Source: Rhina ancylostomus (Eukaryota). From it: a DNA stretch of 64,000 nt. Positions 25,187-37,424 of this stretch are shown one piece after another (the first letter of the stretch is position 1; each line of letters opens with the position of its first letter). Location: the NCBI GenBank assembly GCA_030265395.1, contig JARFYF010000055.1, forward strand, positions 22,101,747 through 22,165,746, written 5' to 3'. Under the pieces are notes generated by a model. That model worked only from the letters and a program-made list of their open reading frames with translations, had not been told where the DNA came from and did not search any database. The position numbers and the translations under genes are program-made.

Positions 25187-26999
25187 CACACATTGTATTG
25201 AAGTTTTGCCATTTCTTTGTTTTCATTTGCACACTCTATTTTTAAGTTAATTTATATGTACCAGAGTGAGCTTAAAACATTTCAAAGCATTACTTATAAG
25301 AAATTATGTTTAAAAATGATGTCAGTGTGACTGAGGATGGGTTGGGTTGGCTGGTGCCACCATGAAGCAGTAAGAAGGGAAAGGTAGACGGAAATAATCA
25401 CAGTTAAATGTAGGTGGGGAAAAATACCAAAACAAAGTTGGCTGTAGTAGGAAGTGTGTAGACAATATTAGAATTAAATGGGAGTTAGTTGGGCAGTGGG
25501 GAAGAGTGCACCAGCATGGAGTTTAAGTAATAGGACAATGAGCCACCTTGAATGCAGAGAACTAAGAAAATACAATGTCACCTGGAACTGAAGGGTAATG
25601 GGGAAAGGAACCAGTATGAACGAGGAAGAAAGTGCCAACTTTGACAGGAAAGGTGAAAGAATAAGGGCACAGCACTAAGAATATGTGAAATAGTTTTAAA
25701 AAATGCCCTGAACCCCAAGCATATTTCCAGTGATTCTAGTATAATAACAGCTTCCATTAAGGTTACTCCTTTAACATCCAATGCATAAGTGGACAGAGGA
25801 ATAATCTATCAAAATGGATGACTAATCAAAGAAAAAAGTACTAAAAGGAATATCAAAGAATTTGGTCAAAGAGAGATTTTAATAATTGTCTTTCGAGGTC
25901 AGAAGGTAAAAGTGCTTTTAGTAGGAAGTTTATAAATAGTTCATGGACTCCATGTTAAGGTACTGAATGGATAATGAAAAGAGGGAAGTAATTTGTCTAT
26001 TAGCCAGTGGAACTGAGTGTATGGAGGCAAGTAAACCCAGTGATCTATGGTCTCTTGTGTGTTTTGCAATGACAACCAGAGAAATTCTCCCCAGAAAACT
26101 TCGGAAATGACAGTAGAGAGAATGTTGAATCATAGAACAGTGCAACCAATCCCCCCTATGTTGAGGATGATTTCAAGAGAAATATCAGATTTGGCTTTGT
26201 TTTACATTCTGCATTTATTTTCTTACATATGTGGGAGTCTTGAGAAATAAAAATACTTACACTGATGTAAACAGTAACAAATTACTGTAGGTAGCTCCTT
26301 AAATAGCAAATATTTATGCATAAATATTTGGTGGTTGTAAAATAGAAAACAGATTTCAGTACCACACAAATCTCAGGATTTGGGAATAAGTAATTTGGCA
26401 AGGTTTTACCAATATTTGTCATGTTTTATTTATGTTGAGTTTGATGCTTAGTTATATGAATGTAATGGAACAGTATAAGCACAAGGGATTAATGAGCACT
26501 TACAAGTAAAGTCTTGCAAAGAATTGTGCAATTGAGCAGAGCTATTATCAGTTCTTTTATTGAACTTACATTGGCTATTTACTTTATTAAAATTCAAAAG
26601 CCACATAATTCATACTCGACCTGTATAAATCTGTTAGCTAATCAATGTACAGACAGACTCCTTTGGACTCTGACTAGCTGTAGCCAACAGTGAGTCGGGG
26701 TAACAATGGAGTTATCTATCTCTGCAGAGAAATAAAGTTTGGTCCTGAAAATGTTTCTGAGTGATGATCTCGTTTTATAGTAGTTAAGAACTTGGCGATA
26801 ACAGTAACAGGCGATAACAGGAACTTGGCGATAACAGTAACAGCTATGGAACCTTAGAACGAAAAAAAATCAAGAAAAAAATTGAAAATAGAAAAATGTA
26901 AAATTTTTGATTTTTATTGATTATTGATATTAGTGAAATATAAAACTAAAGATGAATAAAAGAACAACTTACATTTACTTAGTGACATCCTTTGTGATT

Positions 27000-27830
27000 A
27001 TGACAAAGGTAATCTATCTCCTCACATCCCTTTTGGATATTTTTTTGACAAGGTTAACCACACCACCCCCCTTCCATACCCCTCCACAATCGTCCAGCTA
27101 GTTGGGATCACATTTGCCTGGTTCCACTCTTTTCCATACATTGGTTGTGGCGATGCTTCTCTTCCTGCTCCCTTGCTGTTACTGTTGGTGTTCTTCAAAC
27201 ATCTTTCCTTAGCTCCCTTTTATTTCTCATTCTGCCCTTTAGCAAATCATCTGAAAAAACATTCGGCTTCTGTCTGAGAATCCAGCCCTACCTTATTACC
27301 ACCCATCTTGGTTCTTTGTATATATTTAAATGATCAATTTGCTTGTCTCACACTCAGCACTAGATAAGCAAACTTTTTCTCTAATTTGATATCGGGAGGC
27401 ACAAACACATTATCATCATAAATTCTGTTCCCTCTCCATTCCCTGGTCACTGACTACACAGCTCACACTGGCAACTGAATATTTGTCACGGTATTGTCAT
27501 ATTTGACCTAGAGGTAAGTTTTGAACTACATACCTGCAGATTCACAAAGACCGTTCATTCCCATCTCTCTACTATCATTGGCCATCTTTGTCTTGGTTCA
27601 GCGTATCTGAAGCCATGTCTTGTTAACTTTAACGTTGACAATTCCAACACTCCCCTGGTGAATTTTTCTCATCATCTTCCGCATACATAGCATTTGAAAC
27701 ACAGCTGCCCTTATTCTAACTCCGCCTAGTCCTGTTCACACATCGGCTGGGGCTGGCAGCCGGGCAATGCCTCAACTTTTAAACTTACCTGCTTGTTTTA
27801 AAAATTTTCCATGGCCTCAGTCCTTCCCCT
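27000..27830 (+). mobile_element. Degraded L2-like LINE RT fragment
   Basis: Pyrimidine-rich, decayed RT-like sequence (ggtgttcttcaaac...ccttagctcccttttatttctcat). Similar antisense pieces lie at ~29700-30050 and ~39135-39700. Confidence 0.45.
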
Positions 27831-27874
27831 CTTTCCGTAATGTAAACACACTTTGCTGAAAGCTTCTTCCTCCA

Positions 27875-28080
27875 TGGAGCACAAAGGACGGCGTTCGGCC
27901 CATTGAGTCCATGGCAACTCACAGAGAAATTTCATTCCGTCCCTCATTTTTCCTGAAACATATTCTTCCCATCAACTCGCCCCTCCTCCAAATTCTACCA
28001 CTCGCCTACACACTTGGGACAATTTACAGTGCCAACGAACCTACCAACTAACTTGTGGGAGAAAACTGGATCTCCTGAAG
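27875..28080 (-). mobile_element. HE1/V-SINE-like fragment
   Basis: Shares caatttacagtg.c.aa...acc and gtggga..aaactgga with the copy at 30321-30653. Confidence 0.55.
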
Positions 28081-28859
28081 AAATTCTCCGAAATATATGT
28101 GTTCTGTAATTCTGGTCTCTTGTTCATTCCTGAATTGTTCTGTCAACGATGATCATTTTTTTTATCACTGAGGCCACGAACCCCAACGTTCCCTCCTTAA
28201 AACTTTCTCCCTCTCTTTCCTCCTTTGGGTTCTTTTTCCAAGCTTTCGCTCATCTGCCCTTATATGGCTCACTGTCAAATTCTGTTTGAAAACTATTCTG
28301 TAAAGGGGATTGGGATGTTTAGTTAGGTTAGAGGCAATACGTTGTTACTGTCATACTGTCATTTATAAATATGTTGTTATTGTCAGTTATATAGAGTTTT
28401 TTTTAATTCTGCACGTCCCAAAACACTTTACAACTAATGAAGAATTTTGAAAATACAGTTACAGTTATTTTCATTGGAAAATACATTTTAAAAGAGAACT
28501 TTTTAAATAGCATTAACATGATTAATGTGATTCTAAAAATCCATCACCGTAAGTTGCCATGTGAGCAAGATGGCTCACTTTGCCTCTCGATGCCTTAACG
28601 ACTTTATCAAACACTTCTTGCATGCAGCCATTTCCTTTAACAAGTTTCTATCCGACCAAACTGTCTGGCATTTGCCCTGAAAATGGCCTGAAGTTCACAA
28701 CTAATGGTGATAGCATCACATGGTCTGGCTTTAAACGATTAAATAGTTTGGTGGCTATTGTCTTCATGTTTGTGTTCCCCCCCCCCCCATGTTTTACGAG
28801 AGTTTCTTCCCCAGCAGCACAATGGATATTGCTCGCAGACAAAAGATAATTGACAGCTA

Positions 28860-29194
28860 GTTCAGCCTCTGCAGATGCTTCCGGCTTCCGATGCACCAAT
28901 CAGCACGGTCCCGAGAGTCTGGAAAATTGATCAAAACTTTCACGGGCAAAAGCGAGGTTTTGGAAGATTACGGAGAATCTGTGAAACCTACGGACTGGTG
29001 GACGTGGGCTTCGGAATCACAGNNNNNNNNNNNNNNNNNNNNNNNNNNNNNNNNNNNNNNNNNNNNNNNNNNNNNNNNNNNNNNNNNNNNNNNNNNNNNN
29101 NNNNNNNNNNNNNNNNNNNNNNCATATCCCACCAGCTCGTTTAAAAGCATCTGATATACAGCGAGCGACATTGTACGAAAAGCAGCTGATCCAG
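28860..29194 (+). promoter_or_regulatory. Candidate promoter and non-coding first exon (probably rhbdl2)
   Basis: Local CpG retention (~28780-29520), tandem ETS-like cttccgg/cttccg at 28878-28890, CCAAT at 28896-28900, and a ccag|gtaaac donor at 29194/29195. Assignment to rhbdl2 is inference. Confidence 0.4.
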
Positions 29195-30320
29195 GTAAAC
29201 AAATTCTTCTTCCTCCTCCGGGGTTGTTGAAGTATCGAGCGAGAATATTTTATGGGTCGTGATATCCTTGTGTTCAGTTGAAATATTCGCTTCTCAGCGA
29301 CAGATCGGAATCAACAGTTGTGAGATGATTTAACCGTTCTTGCTCTTCAAATTAATTGATCTGGCCGGCAGTTTTCCTTAAATTGTCATCATGGTGAAGC
29401 CTTCAATGTTGGTGGCAGTTACTGTGTTCACCCGGGAAATGCCGTGAGAGGGAGGGATATTCGATTACCGCATCAGACTAAACAGGGTTGCTTTCTTCTT
29501 TCAGTGGCGCCTGGATAGACTCGAATGCACGATAACATAAATTAAAAGCTGCAGTTCTCTACCTAAAATATAAGTGGTTATATTTTAGTCAAATATAGTT
29601 TTTGAAAAGCCAATTTCAGTGAACCCGACCAGTGTGAACGTGGAACAGGTTATGAAATATTTACATTTCGGAAGTTTGGGATTATCGGGAAATAGGTTGA
29701 CATTTCCATTTTTTCCTCTCTGACCAATGTTACCCCCACTCTCAGATTATTCTCTCTTTGAAGGCTGCTGATCACTTAATGGCCCATATTAAGTTCTCTT
29801 TGAAAGCTGGCGAGAGAGTGAACCAGAATCCGAGTTTCCAGGAAATCCCTGGGACAGCTGAAGACAGCACCTCTAATGGAGAATTGGGGAGATGCACAGA
29901 AGGTCTGCGTCGGAGGGAGAGAGTGTTTGAGGAGATGGAGTTGGCCACGATACTGATGGGATTTATGGAAAGGAACCAATTATTTTGAGAAGAATGTTGT
30001 GGGATCAAGAGAAACTTGTTAATAGTTGAGCAGGACTTATTATGGAATAGAATGCATGTGACAGTATTTGTGACAAGTTCAAGTTTATAGAGGATAGAGA
30101 ATCTGCAGAGACTATTAGTATTCAGAAGGGAAAAGCATCCATTTGGTTCCCACCTCAGAGATGCTGCAGTGGGGGCAAAAATAAGAAGGGTTGCAGATAA
30201 GAAAGCATGGAGACTTGAAGTTGATATATATATATAGTTGAAAGCTCAGTTGAGTACCAAACAGTAGGGGAAGATTGTAAATGGTCTGGCTCCATGTGAA
30301 AGTGATCTATGGTAAAAGTG

Positions 30321-30653
30321 TTAGAGTCATAGAGAGATACAGCACAGAAAAACGTCTTTCAGCCTGAGTCCCTGCCAACCATTAATTACCCATTTACACT
30401 AACCCTACATTAATCCCATTATTTTATTCTCCCCACATTCTCATCAACCACACACATACACACTAGGAGAAATTTACAGTGGCCAATTAACCAACCAATC
30501 TGCACATTTTTGGGATGTGGGAGGAAACCAGAGCACCCAGAGGAATCTCATGTCACAGGAGAACGTGCAAACTCCATACATTTAGCAGCTGAGGCCAGGA
30601 TTGAACCCAGGTCTCTGGCACAGCAAGGCAGTGGCTCCACTAGATGCACCACT
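30321..30653 (-). mobile_element. HE1-like V-SINE (tRNA head, CR1-derived tail)
   Basis: V-core reverse complement tgggatgtgggaggaaaccagagcacccagagga, B-box reverse complement gattgaacc, and a CR1-like tail catagagagatacagcacagaa. Confidence 0.8.
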
Positions 30654-32196
30654 AAGAAAGAGATGGTTAGAGATTTGGCTTTCTCAATGCACGTAGGAAG
30701 ATGTGACTCATTAAGGGGTTGAAGAGGGCAGAATGAGAAATCATCAGTGGACAAATAAACACTGAACATAAACTCTTAAAGAAGTTAACAACTGTAATGT
30801 TATAAGATTTGCAATCATCCAGCATTTATAATATAGGATAATCATCCTAAGATATAGTGTGACTTCACCCTATTTATTGCTGTGCATGTAAAAATTAAGG
30901 GCACTTGAAAACAACAACAAAGTGAAATACATAATGAGACATGTTCTGTGTGTAATTGTTCATTTACCTCAGCAAAGGCACTTTCATGTGATTAGCCATT
31001 GAGCAAGCGGGAAATAATACACAATACTTTTTCCACAAATAGCCTCTGACATTTCCTATTGTGTCCCATGGAGCACAGGTTGATTTTTCCGTTTAATGAT
31101 TTTTGTTATTGATGTGCCTGAGATTATGTAAATTGCCATCCATGACATTTTATTATACTTCAACCCCACAAACAATTCAGGCACCCCCACCCCACCCATC
31201 TATAATCTGGATTATTATACAGGTATATAATATTGTTTTTATTTTTATATCTTACATAAAATACATTTTCATAGTTTTTATATAGCTTTTCAATGTTGCT
31301 CTTTGCATGCCTGCTCAGTGCCAAACCTGAAACCAAAGATCTGACCTCTGCGAATACTTGTATTGTGGTGCCGACACAATTGGTTGATGTGGTTGGGATC
31401 ACCTCAGTAATAAACGATGGCAAAAACGTCACTTTGATTTATTGGTAGGAATTGTTGAAAAGTAAAATTTATGCAGATAAATGGAGATTCATCAATGTCT
31501 CCAGCGACAGGAACTGCAAAGGTTAGACGTAGGGTGGAATCTCTCACATCTGTCAACAATGCCCATAATCCCAAACTGAGAGGAGGTGTACTGGTGTTTC
31601 ATTTCAGTTTTTCAAATCAAGGTGTGGGACACTGCCAACTGGATAGTAAATTGTGTAGAACTGTGGATGGCTCTGTGGTCAACATGTGTGCTTAGTAGCT
31701 TTCATATCGCCAAACAAATTTCACCTAGCAGCATTTTCATAGACAGGGAGACTGTCTGTCAAACAGTTTGAATTGTATTGAAACCATGGTCAGAATTTTC
31801 AGTTTCCACAGGTGTAAAATAACTGGTATTGGGCCAGTGACTATACACCTCACTCAATTTTCCCTTTCATTGAAGTTGAAATTGCTACTATTCCCTGTTC
31901 TATGCTTCTACAAAAGTCAGTAATTCCATCATCTGATTTAAGTAAATTAACAATGATTTAACACAGCTCTCTCCCCCTTTCAGGTCCTGAAATAAGACTC
32001 TTTAACTGTAAAAACTTCACACACCAAAGGAATATCACAGTTTATTAAACATTTGGCACATTCTTGGTCTGAAGATTGTAAAGACTGACATATAAAACTT
32101 AAAGTGTTTTGCAAAAACGTGGTTATATTATATCCACTTTCACCCTTGATACTTTTCAATTATTCCAAATATTTAAAAGTAATTGAAAATCAATAA

Positions 32197-32315
32197 AACC
32201 TGCAGAAGCTGGAAATCGTAAAAAAAAAGAACACGTTGGAAATACTCGGCAGGTCAGGCCGCATCTGTGGGAAGAGAAACAGAGTTAAAATTTCAAGTGA
32301 AAGACCATTCCTTGA
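32197..32315. mobile_element. Penelope-like terminal repeat fragment
   Basis: tgcagaagctggaaatc...tggaaatactcggcaggtcaggccgcatctgtgggaagagaaacagagttaa, near-identical to 35697-35785. Confidence 0.6.
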
Positions 32316-32574
32316 ACAAAAGTAAAAGTGATAGTGTCCTTTTTGTGGGAGTAGTTTGTTGCAAACACTAATTAAAGAACTGTTAAAGAAGATGAATATT
32401 TCAAAGGTTTGAATGTAAAACCATCATGTAAAAGGAATAGCAAATTTGAGATGTGAAAGGGGTTTAAATGAATTAAGTTTGAATAGGGCAGATGAGTTTG
32501 GTTGCATGGATTATGGGGTAGCTGGATTAACAAAACAAGTTGCACCCTCACCTTGTTCAATCTACATGTTCCCA

Positions 32575-32871
32575 TTGAGTTTACTGTGTTCAGTTCTGGT
32601 CGCCTCACTATAGGAAGGATGTGGAGGCATTGGAGAGGGTGCAGAGGAGATTTACCAGGATGCTGCCTGGATTAGAGCGTATGGANNNNNNNNNNNNNNN
32701 NNNNNNNNNNNNNNNNNNNNNNNNNNNNNNNNNNNNNNNNNNNNNNNNNNNNNNNNNNNNNNNNNNNNNNNNNNNNNNNNNNNNNGATAGTGTGAGGTGT
32801 GGTTTGATGGGCGGCACAACATGGTGGGCCAAAGGGCCTGTATTGTGCTGTATTGTTCTATGTTTCTATGG
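32575..32871 (+). mobile_element. CR1 LINE 3' end
   Basis: ORF reads EALERVQRRFTRMLPGLE; tail gggccaaagggcctgtattgtgctgtattgttctatgtttctat. Confidence 0.85.
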
Positions 32872-35689
32872 TTACCAGATCGTATTCTTGAATATCACCC
32901 AAAGCAAAAGACTCCTCTTTAAATGTTAAAAATATAAGTATTTTTATTTTTACTCATTTATTATTTTTTCATTTTATAATTCCATGCCTTGCTACGTTTT
33001 TGAAACCAATTATTTTCTTAAATGTGATAGATGGAATTGGACATCAGCCTGGACTTTAAATAGGGAAAGGTTAAGGAGAAGCATAAGACTCTTCAAAATC
33101 AGTGATTTCAAGTCATGGGTCTTATCTCCATGCCACCAAATGTCTGCCCACTTGATACAAGCAGAAGCATGTTTGGTGGAGGGCACCATCCAGCACCAAA
33201 GGACTGGTTGCTGACATCAAGATTCTTGCATTTTAAGGTATTTGTTGTATTTCAGCGTGAGACTGGTTTGTAAGTCGCTTGAGATCATGTGAGTTCAAGT
33301 CAGTTCTGTCGACAGTGCCTGCAAACAGCAGAGATTGTGGAGAAAGGAGGGGTCACTACCAGCAATTTCAGATTTCCTTATTAAATTATGCATTTGCTGA
33401 AACAGTCACTGTTGGTTTCACGGTGCAATAACAATTAAAGGAAAAGCTGAGGGGATGGGGTTTGGGAGGAAATTTGTAAGAGGAAAATTGGGAAGAAGCC
33501 TTAAATAGACCATTTTTACTCTTCCACAAGGAAAGTAAGAAGATTTCCTTGTATAAGTCCCTTTTAGCTTTGGCTGCGAGTCCTGCTATCGTCAGCCTGT
33601 GGGGAGAGAGAGCCTCAATGGCTTCCCTACTGAGGCCACAGTTAACATTGCAGAGGGACTTAATGATATGATCTGAAAATTAAAAGATGGACCTCTTTAC
33701 CTTCTAGTTTTACACCCGTCCTGAGCAGGTTACAGTGTAAAGCAGTGGGATCGGTGCAGGATGATGTTCGCCAAGTCCCCTGCGTGGTGGTGTCTGAAAA
33801 TCAGCATGATTTCTGCTGGGTGGCTGGGTTAAGATTAACTTATTGAAAGTGAATTTGCAGATTTTGCAACAATGATAATAGCAAAAGTATTGGCATTGCC
33901 AAATCCAGAAATGCGCCCTATCCCCAATTATTGAGCTTGCTCCATAGTGGCTAAAAAAATGTCCTGAGTTTAAGAATTTGGTGCCCTCTATACCTTTTCT
34001 ACCAACCTTATCATTATTAATGTTAGAGTCATTACAATCCATCACTATTACTGTCCCAATGCCTTTGCAGATGAATAATTTGCCTACAAACATGCACTTT
34101 CTGAATCTTTTCACTGATGACTTCTCCTAATGCTTGAAGCATCTAAAATGGAGGGAGGAATGAAGGTGTTTTCAGATTTATGTGACTAAATTACTCAGGC
34201 AGGCAGAGTTCCCTTTACCTGGTGTGGAAAATATATGACTCTATTGGAGGTGATTCTGAAAATTTCTTTGCTGTCTCAATCTTATCCAGAATCATCAACT
34301 TAATGCTTACCTCCCTGATAGTGGAGGTGAACAATGAGAAGAATTGAAAGGAATTATGGGGTTAGTAAAATAAAAAGGGATAGTTGTGCGATTCTTCCAT
34401 GTCCAATTAGCATCTGGGTTCTCCATCAACTTGGATGCCTTTACAACAACTATGTATTTTGTAAGGGTTTAAGGATGAGTTTCTTTTTGAAGAGGTGATG
34501 ACGTAAGATTTGAAAACAAGGGAGACTATATCAGAGGCGAGAGCACTGTTAACAACATCAGCTAACCTGGAAGCTGGAATAGAAGATGGATGGTCAGTAA
34601 TTTAGTGGGATTAAATTTGAAGGAGTGGCGTGTGGTTTCTAGTTAAAATGAGTTCAGAGAGGGCATGAAGAGTGAACAAAGAGAAATGAGAAGAGGGTGC
34701 ACATTGAGGATCAGGTCAGCAGGAATATTAGAGGAAGTTTGGCATAATGGGCCATGCGAAAGAGGGAAGTGACATAGGCAGTTGATCAGCTGGTATCATT
34801 TTTAGTAACAATGAAGTCCATGAACTTATCGCTCCTACACTGCCTATCTCAGTCAACAACGGTTCTAAAGACTAGGAATCATTTCCTTAGCCCTGCTCTG
34901 GAGCTTTTCCAAGGCCGTTAGGACACAGATGAGGCAAAAAGAATGACTGTGGCACTGCACAATGTGCAAAACACTGAAAGCTATTGTTGACTCACTTGGT
35001 GTAATCATCCTTGGCAACAACTTCCTGTTCAGCATGGTGAGACCTCTAATTGTTTGCTTTGATATTATGACTGAGATCACAGTTTTGGATAAATAGTGCT
35101 GGTACTGCTTAGTATAGGTACAGTGGATTCCCGCTTCAAAATTATATTTTTGCTTTTCAGTAAAGATAGGGATTTAAATTAAAAGGTAAGTTTAAATGCA
35201 CAGCATGTTTCATTTAAATTATTTTCTTTCCTCTATGTAATTTGTGAATGTGCCTTAGACTGTAATTTATTTGCTCAGGCACAAGAGCGCCTTCATTTAA
35301 TGGAAATTTGATTCCCATCTCTATGGCAATTGTTTTGTCTCTCAGAAACCTAGGGCCAAACACAATCTTTTTCTGTGACACAAATTAATTGTTACTGTAA
35401 TTACCTTGGTGACTATTAAAACATTTAATTAGTTGTGCCATTAAATATTTTCCCAGGGAATCTCAGCAGTACAAGATCTGACTGAGATTTGGGTAAATGA
35501 AAAGTCATAGGAAGTAAGGAAGAACAACAAAGCCGTTACCTGTAATGTGGAAGGTCTTTGACGCACACACATTGTCCTCAGAGCCAAAGAAATATAAGGG
35601 AATGTCGGAGTCAGGGAGGATTGAATACACTGCAGATACAGTGACAAGCTGAAATTTTGCTAAATTAAAGAGTCACTAAGAAAATTGGA

Positions 35690-35860
35690 AACAAATTGCA
35701 GATGCTGGAAATCTGAAACAAAAAACAGAAAGCACTGGAAACATTCAGCAAGTCAGGCAGCCACTGTGGGAAGAGAAAGTTAACTGTTCAGGTTGGTGAC
35801 CCTTTGTCAGAGCTGGGAAAGAGAGAAACCAAGTTAGCTTTCATTAGCAGAGAGGGTGGG
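35690..35860. mobile_element. Penelope-like terminal repeat fragment
   Basis: tgcagatgctggaaatctgaaacaaaaaacagaaagcactggaaacattcagcaagtcaggcagc...; multi-copy within the window. Confidence 0.6.
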
Positions 35861-36995
35861 NNNNNNNNNNNNNNNNNNNNNNNNNNNNNNNNNNNNNNNN
35901 NNNNNNNNNNNNNNNNNNNNNNNNNNNNNNNNNNNNNNNNNNNNNNNNNNNNNNNNNNNNCTGAGCCCCATCAGGGGCCTAGCATAAGTACCTGGGTTTC
36001 TCTAGCACTAGTTGCCAGGGTATTGGTCTACCTTTGGGTATACTTTGGCTCCTGGTTGCTTAGAGTGGTCTACTCTAGAGCAGTACTGCATCCTCTGTTC
36101 CTTTTTGAAGATTCAGTTCATGTTGGGATTCCTAGTCAGATCTCCAAGGCAAGATTCCTTCCAGTTGCTGCTGGTGTTTGGTACTGAGGAAGTATCCTGA
36201 CTCCAATCTTGTACCAGTGTGTTGCATTTGGGTTCTCAGTGAGCTTGCTCTTTGCTCAACATTGTGACAAGTTGTCACGAAGGATCTCAGATCTGAAGCA
36301 TTCCCATTTCTTTTTACAGGTCATAAATGGGATGGATCCAATGTTGTGCTCCTTCTGATTTTATTTTTCATTAGAGTGGAGAGTAAAATTAGATGGGTTG
36401 TGAAGGGGGCATCAGACCCAAAGCTCACCCATTCTCCCTGGGCAGGCCAGGTTAAAATAGAGCATTGCTAATGAAGCCTCTCAAGCTAGCTGAAGATGGG
36501 AATGGAGGTGAGGGGAGAAGGAAAGAACTTTAAGGAAAAAGAGGGTGATGGAGAAACAATGCTGGGGTTTATCCTTGCTCTCAGTATAACCCTAGATTAA
36601 TGATTGATTGCTCCAGAGCAGATTGAGGGCCAATAGCAGTTGATATGGTTCAGGCAAGTCTGGAGGTAATGACTAAACAGACATCCACCTAACTTGCTCA
36701 AGACAGTGAGTGTCCTTTGCAATTAATTTGAATTGCTTGACTGTACCCTCCAACATAAGCCTTGCCCAAATCAGAGCAGGTTCAAATCACACTTGAGAAT
36801 CACTGATTCATGCAACACAGAAAAAGGCCCTTTGGTTCCTCATGTCTGTCATACTAATCCCATTTACAGCCTTCCATATCTTGGCAATTCAAGGGCTGTA
36901 GGTACTTCTTAAATGTGGCTTCAGTCAGGGGAAGAGCATCATCATCCCTGAGCCATGTTTCTGTCTACTAGGATGTTGGTGCAATCATCCAAACT

Positions 36996-37424
36996 AATGA
37001 GGATAGGTTGAGTGAGCTGGGGCTTTTCTCTTTGGAGAGAAGGAGGATGAGAGGTGACTTGATAGAAGTGTACNNNNNNNNNNNNNNNNNNNNNNNNNNN
37101 NNNNNNNNNNNNNNNNNNNNNNNNNNNNNNNNNNNNNNNNNNNNNNNNNNNNNNNNNNNNNNNNNNNNNNNNNNNNNNNNNNNNNNNNNNNNNNNNNNNN
37201 NNNNNNNNNNNNNNNNNNNNNNNNNNNNNNNNNNNNNNNNCAGAGGTTGTGGGGCAGATACATTAGGGACATTTAAGAGACTCTTCGATAGACACAAGAA
37301 TGATAGAAAAATGGATGGCAATATGGGAAGGAGAGTTTAGATAGATCGTAGAGCAGGATAAAAGGTCGGCACAATATCATGGGCCGAAGGGCCTGTATTG
37401 TGCTGTAATGTTCTATGGTCTATG
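36996..37424 (+). mobile_element. CR1 LINE 3' end
   Basis: ORF reads ELGLFSLERRRMRGDLIEVY; tail gggccgaagggcctgtattgtgctgtaatgttctatggtctatg. Confidence 0.88.

Noticed and set aside
24930-25200. Apparent exon(s) (ccag|gtaagc donor, cacag| acceptor) with faint NDUFS5-like words (HWSMTAQNGE)
   Set aside because: The sequence fits an RTE-type LINE 3' end, and the NDUFS5 twin CX9C pattern is absent.
26761-26860. GTGATGA box-C-like motif suggesting a C/D snoRNA, or a CRISPR-like repeat
   Set aside because: There is no terminal CTGA box D with a closing stem. It has only two 23-mers with a self-derived spacer, in a vertebrate context.
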